A stretch of DNA of 63,944 nt, the filler included, from Bigelowiella natans CCMP2755 (Eukaryota > Protista > Cercozoa), in NCBI GenBank assembly GCA_000320545.1. It is 7 parts of 7 records of this genome, joined end to end, with 100 filler letters (N's around TTAATTAATTAA, not from the genome) between each part and the next. Parts side by side here need not be neighbours in the genome. Positions count along the whole stretch, not along the records: positions 1 to 15,544 come from ADNK01002087.1; positions 15,645 to 22,194 come from ADNK01001356.1; positions 22,295 to 41,114 come from ADNK01003201.1; 4 more parts are not named here. One strand, given 5' to 3'. A program made the position numbers and the translations under genes. This document shows positions 13,632-24,122 of the stretch, piece after piece. The notes under the pieces are model-generated. The model did no database searches. It saw nothing but the letters and a program-made list of their open reading frames with translations, and had not been told where the DNA came from. Position 1 is the first letter of the stretch; the number at the start of each line of letters is the position of its first letter.

Positions 13632-14111
13632 AGGAGGCTTATTGGTGACAATAACGACAACAGAGAACGATGGATTTATCACTAATAAAAACTATCATGG
13701 TAGTTTCTCTATTGTTTGAAAATACGCACAGAAAGCAGCTGTAACAAACACATCCCATGACTAATGCATAAGTAGTGTCGCTATTATTATTATTATTATT
13801 ATTATTATCATCATCATTAGACATATACGCTATTACTTTCATTATAATGTATGAACTCCCTCTCGCTCTCCCTCCCTCCCCCCCCCCAAAGAGATCCTCT
13901 CTCAAAAACGGAAAAATTTCGTAAGAGCCCCTCCTTCACCTCCTCCGTTGATCAAAACACGCTCTGAGCATCGTCGTTTGATGGTTAACCGTTATCATCA
14001 TCGGTGATACATTTGGTAATGTAAGTTGCTAATGTTAGCGCACTACTGCATTCTCTCCAATATCATTTATTGCCTTTTTATTGCCTCCCCTCCCCTTCTC
14101 CTTCTTCCATC

Positions 14112-14153
<42 letters not shown>

Positions 14154-14559
14154 CTTTCCTATGCGTTTAAGACGCATTGTATTGGACCAGGGTTTTCATG
14201 CGAGAAGAGCGGGAGATGTGCTATCATCTCCTACGGGTGAAGGGGAGGGGGGGGGTGGGGAGGATGATCGATACTCAGATGTCATGACATCAACGCCATC
14301 AAAATATCAGAAGATTGTTAAAACGTTTATTTAACAGTAGTCTTGGACTGATGACATTAACGTGAAAGAGATAATACGCATCATCCTCATCATTATCATC
14401 ATCATCATCATCAGCAGCAGCAGCAGTAGCAGCAGAAGGAAAAGAAGAAGAAGAAGAAGAAGAAGAAGAAAAGCAGCATTAACCTGGTACGCGCATTCGT
14501 CGAGATCCGTGATTTGGATCACACTGAGGAGAATTGAATAGAATGTAATCTGTGTGTTC

Positions 14560-14592
<33 letters not shown>

Positions 14593-14807
14593 CGCGCACG
14601 CGTGCATGCAGGTTTGTCTTTACATATTGCTCGGCCAGTTTTGAAAAAATAGAGTGAATATAAAGAAAGCAATGCTAGTGGCACTATCGTCGTCATCGTC
14701 ATCAGCTCAATGGGATGTCGGATCTGTTTGCAGCACAACTAACCCATCGAGAAGAAGGACGGTTCCAAACGGGGAGTTCGACTCGAAAACCTGACCAGAG
14801 CAACAAC

Positions 14808-14841
<34 letters not shown>

Positions 14842-15195
14842 AATGACGATAATGCAGCAAGGAAGATGATCGTCGCGTCGTTCATGTATTTACTGCCTGT
14901 AGCTCTTACCTAAGAGTGTGTTATTTACACTATGATATCCTATGGAAACACTGCGCTTTTACTTATAACAACCTGCACGTGCTGGTACTCGGACTTCTTG
15001 TCGAAGAGCATCTCTTTGACCTAGTGCAGTGGTATTGCAGAGTGGGGGGGGAGGGGGGGGGGGGGATTAGTGTTCGAATTCTGGAGAACCAATTCGCTCC
15101 ATACAAACATCAATACGCTGCATTACTAGATAGAGAATGAGCAAGCGTTGATGACCACCATGACAATTACCTCGAGCGACATAGCCTGGCCTTTC
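11056..15195 (-). CDS. SRM: Spermidine synthase, many small exons, extreme 5' end lost in the low-quality/gap region
   Basis: Exon peptides in order: GQAMSLE, VKEMLFDKKSEYQHVQ, VFESNSPFGTVLLLDG, VIQITDLDECAYQ, EMIAHLPLFSHENP, RVLINGGG, VVICEIDKMVIE, DGAAFV..FDVIICDS, SDPVGPATSLF, ALRPGG..QAE..YAYTQIPTYPCG, MIGFLICS, LNYYSKE, MHTASFVLPAFA. Stop at 11058-11056. Confidence 0.95.
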
Positions 15196-15544
15196 CCTTG
15201 TTCGTTCACCTACAGGGGGGGGGGGGGAAAAAACAAACCGGGGAATTTTCCGGAGGAACCAAAGGGAATGCCCCCCGGGAAAAAGTTGGTTCAAATTATC
15301 AACTAGTTCCCCGAACCTTAAGCTGAATCTTATGAAAATAAACCCCAAAAAGGGGCCGGGGGCCGGGGGGTACCTCCCAGAACCATTTGTTGCCCTTGAT
15401 TTCCTGGAACCCCATTTTTGGGGAAAAAACTAAGCCCGATTTTTCTTAACCATCACGTTCCTTTTCCCAAGGGGTAAAAAAAAAAATAAGTCTTCCGAAA
15501 CGTGACATATTCCCCATCCCCAAAAATTTTGAATATTGCCTCCC

Positions 15545-15644
15545 NNNNNNNNNNNNNNNNNNNNNNNNNNNNNNNNNNNNNNNNNNNNTTAATTAATTAA
15601 NNNNNNNNNNNNNNNNNNNNNNNNNNNNNNNNNNNNNNNNNNNN
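15545..15644. other. Assembly gap linker (also 22195-22294, 41115-41214, 48924-49023, 61305-61404, 62806-62905)
   Basis: Each is 44 N + TTAATTAATTAA + 44 N, which places stops in all six frames. Confidence 0.98.
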
Positions 15645-15707
15645 GCCCCCCCCCCCCCCCAACAATAATAAAGTAATGAAAACTCTCCCCCTCTCCACCA
15701 CCCAAGG

Positions 15708-17171
15708 TCACATATCTGGCAAGGTGGGGAATTCTTTGAGCATCGCTTTGGCATCCGGAATGTCGTTGAATGGCTTCCACAGCACCCGGGGGAGCGTGGA
15801 GTAGTGGGACTTGAATCGGAACAGGCACGGGGCGACCGCACCCTGCACTTCGTACATAAGCCCCGCGGCCGAGTAGCTGTGGTAGAACACTGCCCACTCC
15901 CCACAAAACGTTTTCTGGTTGGCGAGCATTTCATCGAAGCACTTTGGGAAAGGGAGGGAGGGAAGTGGAAGGGGGAGGGGAAGGGGGAGGAGGGGGGGGT
16001 TAGTGCAGGAAGGGAGGAGGAGAGTAATTAGTGGCGTTTCAGTGGTAATGTGTATTATCTGGCCAGCAGTAGATGAAACACACATAGCTGTTTGTCTTGC
16101 CGGTACATCGCCCCCCCCCCCACCTTCTCCCCCCCCGCCCATCCCATCTCTCAGAGACCTACTCTCAGTACCTTGCGACCGTGCTTGTCCTTCTGCACTA
16201 TTGGACCGTAGTCAGGCTGTGCGCATTGGATGGGTTGCGTGTCATGTGTGCGAGGAGGAACCAAAAGGAGCAAGAGTGGGTGGCAGAAGAGAGTATATAC
16301 GATATCAGTATATCACATAATATTATATGCATATGCATATACATATACATAAACATTTATGAATATACGCCACGTGTGCATGAGTGTGTGTGCGTGTGTT
16401 CATTATGCCATAATACACGAATGCTGCAAGAAACGACTGCCACAACCACCACTACTCCTACTACTACTTTACTACTTCCAGATTTCCCTTGGCGATATCA
16501 TTCAAAGCAGTTTCAACGTAGGAGCACCATCATCATCACCATCAGCAGCAGCGATAAACTAAGACACCTTTGCTTTCCCCTTCCCCGCGCCCCTCAGCGA
16601 CTGGGGCCCCAGTTTCTGCTGCTTGACCACATCTTTGACAGAAATGCTCGGGTGGAACGTTGGCGCCTTCGAGGATGCTTCCATTTCTATCGGAGCCTGA
16701 GAGGAGGGGGGGGGGAGGGGGAGGATGTGAAGGAGGCCTATTGTCCTCCGGTTGGCTGCCCCACTACTTCATGGAGATTTATCTACCTCCCAATCTGCCG
16801 ACTTGAGAACCGACGTATAGCCATCGTCCTCCGCCTTATCGTGGCCTCCCTTAGTACCCTTGGATCCCCCCAGGCGACGTATCTTACGGCTGGCGATGAA
16901 GAATATGGGGAGGGGGGGGGGGAACTGACGGTTAGAGGAGATGGATGATGGAGTGTGAAATCGGAATGGTGATGACGATGATGATGCCGTGTGGTAACAG
17001 CAAGTAGGATGAGATGGATCAGATGTTCCCTCGTCGCTCTCGAGAGGCGTTTTCCTCAGAAAGTGCACGGCGCAGTTGTGTTGTCGCCAAAAGCACAAAC
17101 AAATCTATCACCTCTGCGCCTGCTATCGAGGCTCTGTACCCATATATCCATATATCCATTAAAATAATATA

Positions 17172-17209
<38 letters not shown>

Positions 17210-18515
17210 ATACACTCCTCGTTGCTACCTAGTCCCCGAGTCGCTATTCACTTGTGTCATAACCAAGAAGTCGAAGATGTACAAGCTCTGGTGGATCTTA
17301 AGGGAGGGAGGGGGGTGAAGTAGGATGAAGTAGGGTGACGGTCAAATCAACGATAGCGATCCTCAATTGATTTTGCCGCCGCACCCCCCCGCCTCTCCCT
17401 TCTAAACACATATCCCGGCGCGTTTCGAAAAGCCCCCTTCTGCGAGGAGGGAGAGGAGGAGGCCAGCAGCAAGTACCTTGTTAAACGACAAGTCGCGGGT
17501 GACGAAAGGAGATGCATTTGACTGGTAGGCCTCTTCCAACAACTACACACACACACACACACAGAAACACACAGAAACACATACACACACCAGAGCAAGG
17601 TCTCATATACAAGCAAAATGGCACGGCAAATTATTCGCCAATAATACTGCAATCAGCTGTTCAAGTTCCCCGGAGGGGAAGGGTGGGGGGGGGGGGGACT
17701 CAAGCCCACTCTAAGCAATTGGCCTTTGTTTGCCGTCAGCGTGCCATAAAAACGAATGATAACTCTTCGGTTGACCACACCTTTGAATCGTCTTTGTCAA
17801 ACTTCCCCCATTTGGAGTCGTCCATCCACCACTGCCACTCGATCTTGCCGGCCTTTTCCTTCTTCTTCTTCTCCGCCTTCGTTGCGGTGGAGGAGGATGC
17901 GACATCTTCGTCGTCATCGTCGTCATCATCATCATCCGGGTGGGGACCGGAGACGCGCCGTATCGTCCTTGAGGCTCCTGTCTCGACGTTTCTTTGCGAC
18001 ATCTTCTTGAAATTTACCTGAAATGACGGCGGGGGAGAAAATGAGGAGGCGAAAAGAGGTCGTAATGATCATGATCACGATGATACTGATGGTGACGATG
18101 ACGAGGCGACTAAATTCTCCTTTCAATTTTCCTGAAACACGTGCTAACGCTTCCCCCATCCCCCCCCCCCCTTCCCAAAGTGAATGCACGCACAGCGGTC
18201 AACCCAAACCAACCACGTAGACGGAGTTGTGAGCCTTGTTGAAGGAGAAATCCGTCGTGGAGAACATGCCCTTGCCCTTTGTCATCCGGTAGCGTTTTTC
18301 CACGAGCTCGGAATCCTGAAGAAACGCAAACAGCAACCAACCGCCATGGAAGAGAGGGTGCGAAACATCGCCAAAACATAAATCATCGATGGAAACATCA
18401 CGCATTCATCTTGAGACATTGATCTACTCGCTTAAGGTACGCTAATATTGCTAACATTTGTCATCGTTTCTCGCACACAACAGCACACTCAGCAGCCAAA
18501 ACAACCGAATCTACA

Positions 18516-18560
<45 letters not shown>

Positions 18561-20226
18561 GTAAATATGATCCGCCACGCACCTCGAGAGCGAAGTACTG
18601 CCAGTCACCTTCATCATCCATCCACTGCCAAGAGTGCCTTGGAAGAAAAGAGAAAGAAAAAGAAGAAAACAAAACGGTCAGGAATATGAATCGTTACAGC
18701 AAGCAGCGAGCTTACTTCGCTCCGTCCTCGGGTATATCGGCCTCTACTACCATCGGCGTGGCTTTCTTCGCCTTTTTGGCTTTCTTGCTTTTGGGGGCCC
18801 CGCAGCGACGAATTGCCCGCTCCGAGTCGGAATCCAGGTTTATCTGCCCGCGAAAACAAACTAGGCATTATGAGCATCCGGAGATATGATATGGTCACGG
18901 TAGGGATCTCGCGACCCGGACCGTGAAACACCGTTTTTGGAGGGCCAAAAAAAAAACACGGGCTGCTGGTCGTGGCCAAACGACCGGGAAAACAGCCCAG
19001 CAAGCACCTCTCATCCATAAGAGTCTTTACTCCGAACAACGAGTGATTTGTCAGATGGTTTGTTTTCCTCCCCATATAGGTAAGTGATGCACAAAAAAAG
19101 GGCATGACTTCGCTCCCCCCCCGTCCCCCCCCGAGACACCACCGACCTGGAGTAGGTTGTGGAAATCAATCTTGTAGAGCGTTCCGTGGTCCTTATTCCA
19201 CGAGAAGTCCTTTGTTACGAAATTCTTGACTCCCGACTGGTAGTTCTCCTCGAGAAGCAATCGATCTTCCTTGGAGAACTTATTCCACTCACCCTAGTAG
19301 TTGTAGTAGTAGTAGTAGTTGTTGTTGTTGTAGTAGTATTAGTAGGCCGTATCAAAGATTTGGTATCTATATATATTTTCGCTGTGTTTTTCCCCGAATC
19401 AACACATCGTCAGAAAAAATGGGTGGTAGTAGCAGGCACATCAATCACCTCATCATCCTCCCATTCCCAAACCACGTCTGAACATGGGGGAGTCTTCTTC
19501 TTCTTCGTCAGCTTCTTCTGCAAAAAGACAGAGGGACAATGCGAGCACGCCGTTTAGCAAGCAGCGCTACTAGAATCTTTGAAATCGAAAATTTGCGGGA
19601 GAAAACAGAGATATGCTCTGGCTCGCTTACAAGGGGAGCTCCGTTGACATTTGCAAACCTTATAAACTTTAATCTCTTCGTCGGAACTAATCCCTCCTCC
19701 TTCGATGGCCTCATTGAGTTCATCCTCGTCCCATATTTCGATTCCGTAGGCCTTTGCGAGGGATAGCTTCGACCCTGGATCGTCTCCAGCCACAAGAACA
19801 TCCTGCAAGATGGGGGGGGGGGCAAGGAGAAGGACGCGAATAAAATGAGAGTTAGGAAGAAGAGCTCAGTGCATATTCCTTATTAGATAATTCGTATAGA
19901 TTTAGTTATAAGCTGTTCTTGCAGCGTTGAGGTGTGCTGGCAGTTGGTTGTTGGTGCGACCAATTTCTTACTGATGGAACTTTTGACTTCTCCGCCTGCG
20001 TTGATTATCATCGCAGAGATCTGGCAAAACAGCAGTGAGTAGTTAGAATAGCATTCGATTGGATCAGCTCTATGTAGGTCCTCTTTGTGTTTTCAATAAT
20101 ATATGAAAATGCACAATATGAGGCTCGCATAACCTTCCCTCTCGCCTTGCTGAGCTTTCCGCTGAGGCAGAAACTCTTTCCGGAGAGGGGGGCCTTCTTC
20201 TTTGCTTTCTGTGAATTTCGGGACAA
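15708..20226 (-). CDS. BRCT + three WWE domains + possible ADP-ribosyltransferase-like C-terminal domain, 3' end runs into the gap
   Basis: The BRCT domain is LSGKSFCLSGKL..DVLVAGDDPGSKLSLAKAYGIEIWDEDEL. The three WWE repeats are VWEWEDDE..LEENY..YKIDFHNLLQINLDSDSERAIRR, LWQWMDDEGDW..VEKRY..VNFKKMSQRNVETGASRTIRR and IEWQWWMDDSKW..IEDRY..YIFDFLVMTQVNSDSG. The last visible exon reads WAVFYHSYS..LMYEVQ..LPR. Confidence 0.75.
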
Positions 20227-21186
20227 AATTCGTCAAAGTGTGCGCAGCGAAGGTCTACATTTATATCTCTCTTCTCCAGCCGTCCCCTTCTCTCTCTCTC
20301 TCTCCTTTCACATCCGAACGCTGCTGTTCCGATTTCGGTCGTATCGAGATTTTGCTGATAGAGCTGCTAGAGCTGACTCGCGACGCGCCGTGGCGTGGTA
20401 GCCCGAGCCGTATAATTTTGAACAACCAATACAAAGGGCAAAGGGGGGGTCAGCATGCGAAACAGAGGCGGGGGGGGGAGGAGCGTATCCCACCGGCATG
20501 GCTCGTGCTCTGCTTCCTCGTGATTTTTGTACATATATCGAGGAAATCAGCCTTCTACTTGTGCGACAGGTCAGAATGCATGTCTCAGCACGGTAAATGG
20601 CATGTAATCCTCTTCGAATGGGCTAAGTCCTGTGCGCCTGACCTTCCCCCTCGGAGTTTAGTTTTATCTCTGCGACTCGGCTTTGACCTGGTCGTACGCG
20701 CAGAAAGGGTCGCAATGCTTTCGCTTGGCCGAAATCGAGAAGGATCCGAGAGCAAGATTTTGAAATAGGATGGGAAATAAAGGGCGTTTTTTTGAAGCGT
20801 CAGAAGAATGAACACTGGGGAGCGCATGAAAGGCTCTGATAGCCGTTGATCATGGGGAAAGTGTGCTGCTGCGAGGGACGACTAGGATCTACTTGAGCAA
20901 AAAAGGAGCATTAGATTTCTCAGGAAATAGGATTCGTTTCGTTGTCGCTGTCACAAATACCATTCCATTTAACGATCTCCTTAAGTTCTCCTAGAAAGCA
21001 CTTTTTGCCCCTCTCCCCTTCCCGTAGATATCCACTAACGCGCGGCCCATCCTCTCCAACAGGGACGATTCTCCGCTGCTTTTCGGCTCCCCAGGTTTCG
21101 GTACGGACTAGGTCTTACAGCGATTGGTTGTAACTGGGGCAGATAGCTAACCGAACTTCTAAGCGATCAACAAATCATACTCGAGA

Positions 21187-21927
21187 ATGGCGACACTCCG
21201 CACGCGCTCCTTCTTCCTTTCCTCCCTGCTACGCAGCCCAGCGTCTAGGGTTCAGCGAAGGAGACTCTTATCTTCTAATCATAATCCCCCCCTCCCCGCG
21301 CCTGCTGTCCCTGGGGTTGTCATATTTGGTGGAACGGGGGCCATAGGGAGAGCCATTGCTGCAAGGTTTGTCCGGGAAGGATCATCGGTCGGTCTCTCAG
21401 ATATTATTCGACAATCGCTTCTTCCGCTGCTGCCGTAGGAGTGTTCACCTTGGCACATTTTTATGCTCGTATTGCAGGTCGCAATCACGAGTCGGAGCCT
21501 CGCCCGCGCGGAAGGAGTCGCGGCCGAGATGGGCAACAATGGCCCCAGTGCTGCAGCAGCGCCCACCATCGTCGGCGTTGAATGCGATGTGACGAGCTCG
21601 GAATCAGTGAGGACGTCACTCATGCAGGCCAAGGATGCGATGGGGGGGGAGAACCAGGCCGGGTTCACGTGCGTGGTGAATGCTTCCGGGGTACACGCTG
21701 AGCGACTAAAGAATGCTGCTTTTGAAATCGGCTCTCCTTCTTCTTCTTCTTCTTCTTGTTCTTCTTCCTCCTTCTGCTTATTCGACTCCGTCTGGCGTTT
21801 GTGTCTTCTTCTTCTTCCTCGTCTTGTTCTTCTGCTTCTCTCCTACGTTGTTCCAGATTGTGAGAGATGACTTGCTACTGCGTGCAAAGCCAGTTGATAT
21901 TCAGTAAGAATCCCACACCATCAACCA

Positions 21928-21972
<45 letters not shown>

Positions 21973-22194
21973 GTATGTCAGTAGGACATAAAGATGAGTG
22001 ATATCATTTCTCCTCCCCCTAAAACCTCGACTCTCCCTCATTCTATTAGCGAAAACTAAGCGACTCAATATAAAAACATATTCGAATGTGCACTTCTATG
22101 CATCACCTGAGATTTGGTCTCATTTCCCAACTGCTCTTTCCACCCCCAAACTAACCACAGAGATGTTTTAGAGGACCAATCTCATGGGATCGAT
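21187..22194 (+). CDS. Short-chain dehydrogenase/reductase, CBR4/FabG-like, probably mitochondrial, truncated by the gap
   Basis: R/S/L-rich presequence, then VIFGGTGAIGRAIA, VAITSR, CDVT, VVNASG and IVRDDLLLR, with LETNLMGS at the contig end. Confidence 0.85.
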
Positions 22195-22296
22195 NNNNNN
22201 NNNNNNNNNNNNNNNNNNNNNNNNNNNNNNNNNNNNNNTTAATTAATTAANNNNNNNNNNNNNNNNNNNNNNNNNNNNNNNNNNNNNNNNNNNNTT

Positions 22297-23745
22297 ACCT
22301 TCGAGGACGGCGACTTCCTGCCTGAGCCAGAGGAGCTCCAGCACCTTCAAGAACACCTGGATAAATACAAACACAAGCATGAGGTACTTAGTGATAGGAT
22401 ATATGTATACACTAATAATGTTAGGCGTACCTACGTGCCACGGCGGACCAGGGGAGCCCTTCTCTTTACCGCCCATGGACCTGCACACGTAGGAGAAAAC
22501 CATATCACTGCTCTACTCTACCATTACTACTGGCCCTACAAGCTAAAAGAGATAAGGACATACCTGCGTGGCTGCAGGTGCTCCAGCTTGAAGGCGGCAG
22601 GCGTCGCCACCAAGGAGTCCAGCAAGAGCCGTGCATCTAAGAAAATCAAAGCAAGGAACTTCTTAGATATCGTGCAAATTGATGTTTATAAGTACGATGG
22701 CTATCACTACCTTACCTTCGTTGATGTGGCCACTGGAAAGTGCTGGGTTAAAAAGATTATCAAGGTCAACGTTGCTAAGAAGAACAAAGGCTTATATAAG
22801 CAGAGGCTTACTAACTGCTACCGTACCTGGGAGTCTGAGCTCCAGGCTATCCCTGATGAAGTTAGCATAAACAAGATACCAAAGAAGTTACATGTGGATA
22901 ATGAGACCTCTCTTCTACAGCTACCACACCCTAATATTGATGCCTCACCTGTATACTATGCCCAGTCCAACTCCAAGGTAGAGCGACTCCACCGCACCTT
23001 GGCCAACCTAAGCAGGATAAATAGCACCACACCAGACAAGATACAAGGGTTAGTAAACGACACCTTCACGTCTGGGGGAGGTATCAAGGATAAGGAGAGG
23101 GAAGAAGGCGACGACAACGACGACGATACCGAGAGCGAAGACGAGAAGGTCCCGTACGATGGCCGAGTTCTAAAGGAAGGACAGTATGTTAGGGCCAAGG
23201 TAAATCTGAGATCGAGAAATAAACAAGACCCCTTCTGGGGTGGCGTTGCAAAGGTTACCGAGAGGAAGGGGAGGAAGCAGTACTACATCTATGATGGGAA
23301 CAGGGTCACCTTGCGCCACATCAGTCACCTAAAGAATTATGATATCGGTGAGAAGCTCCTAGAGGATGTTAAAGTAAACCCTACTGTGTGGGAGCGAGCA
23401 ATGCCTTGTTTAGGACCCCGACCTAAGTTCGATGTGGAATATGGAAACAATAAGGTCAGGGTGAACGACGATTGGCGCATGAAGATTGTCTATCTAGGCT
23501 ACCCTGGATTACGAAATATGGAGAGGGTAGCTATGAAAATAAAGGACGGAAAATATCAGCTACTCTACCTAGCTGTTCCCGACTTACCCTTTGAGCACTG
23601 GTATAAGGTCCTGGGGGACCTTGATGCAGAGGGCTGGTATGGACACGAACCTAAGGACGAAGGTGAGTTCTGGGTAAGCGACAAAGGAGATAAGGTTAGA
23701 GAGGAATCTATTACCTGGTGGTTGGTGAAGTTCCGAAAGCGATGA
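22297..23745 (+). CDS. Pol C-terminus: integrase (HHCC-like finger, DDE core, GPY/F-like module) plus an extra C-terminal domain
   Basis: HGPAH..YYWP..CRC, IVQID, YLTFVDVAT, LHVDN, PVYYAQSNSKVERLHRTL and PFWGG, followed by about 120 extra residues. Confidence 0.88.
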   Translation, partial: TFEDGDFLPEPEELQHLQEHLDKYKHKHEVLSDRIYVYTNNVRRTYVPRRTRGALLFTAHGPAHVGENHITALLYHYYWPYKLKEIRTYLRGCRCSSLKAAGVATKESSKSRASKKIKARNFLDIVQIDVYKYDGYHYLTFVDVATGKCWVKKIIKVNVAKKNKGLYKQRLTNCYRTWESELQAIPDEVSINKIPKKLHVDNETSLLQLPHPNIDASPVYYAQSNSKVERLHRTLANLSRINSTTPDKIQGLVNDTFTSGGGIKDKEREEGDDNDDDTESEDEKVPYDGRVLKEGQYVRAKVNLRSRNKQDPFWGGVAKVTERKGRKQYYIYDGNRVTLRHISHLKNYDIGEKLLEDVKVNPTVWERAMPCLGPRPKFDVEYGNNKVRVNDDWRMKIVYLGYPGLRNMERVAMKIKDGKYQLLYLAVPDLPFEHWYKVLGDLDAEGWYGHEPKDEGEFWVSDKGDKVREESITWWLVKFRKR

Positions 23746-23796
23746 AGGTCTAAGGGAATAAGGAAGGAAGGAAGGAGCAACGTGACTTGGGGGAGG

Positions 23797-24122
23797 TGTA
23801 GCGCGTACCACTACGCGGGCACAAGTCACGTGCGACAACAAAGGGGTTGTCGCGGATATAGAATATAGATAACGTAGATATTAATACAGCATAGGCACGT
23901 GGGTTCCGGCGGGACTCATGGCAGCACACCGGAAGTGTGCTGCCCCACGTGCGGCGGCATTCGCGAAAGCTTCGCGAATGATTACGCAGTGCACGATTTA
24001 ATAAAAATATAATCTTTAATAAAAATAAACACAACTCTTCAAAAGGAAGCAAACGTGCCTTTCCCCCCCCCTGCCTACTTGTGCACGTAGCGCCTCGGCC
24101 TGTGAACACCTTACGCGCAACA
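23797..24122 (+). repeat. LTR copy A (3' LTR, 326 bp)
   Basis: Starts TGTAGCGCGTA and ends TACGCGCAACA, a 10/11 terminal inverted repeat with TG..CA ends. It contains an AATAAA cluster and matches 47615-47940 and 58061-58386. Confidence 0.97.

Larger units (their letters stand above)
22295..24122 (+). mobile_element. Ty3/Gypsy-type LTR retrotransposon, 3' part (fragment A): integrase region, PPT and 3' LTR
   Basis: The frame is open from the gap to the stop at 23745. A polypurine tract GGGGGAGG (23789-23796) directly abuts the LTR at 23797-24122. Confidence 0.93.

Noticed and set aside
15215-15544. Homopolymer-rich odd sequence next to gaps (also 41215-41380) and at the window start (1-320)
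   Set aside because: It looks like low-quality read ends, so no structure was inferred.
15589-15600. TTAATTAATTAA palindrome repeated six times in the window
   Set aside because: It is always centred in 44+44 Ns, so it is an artificial contig linker.
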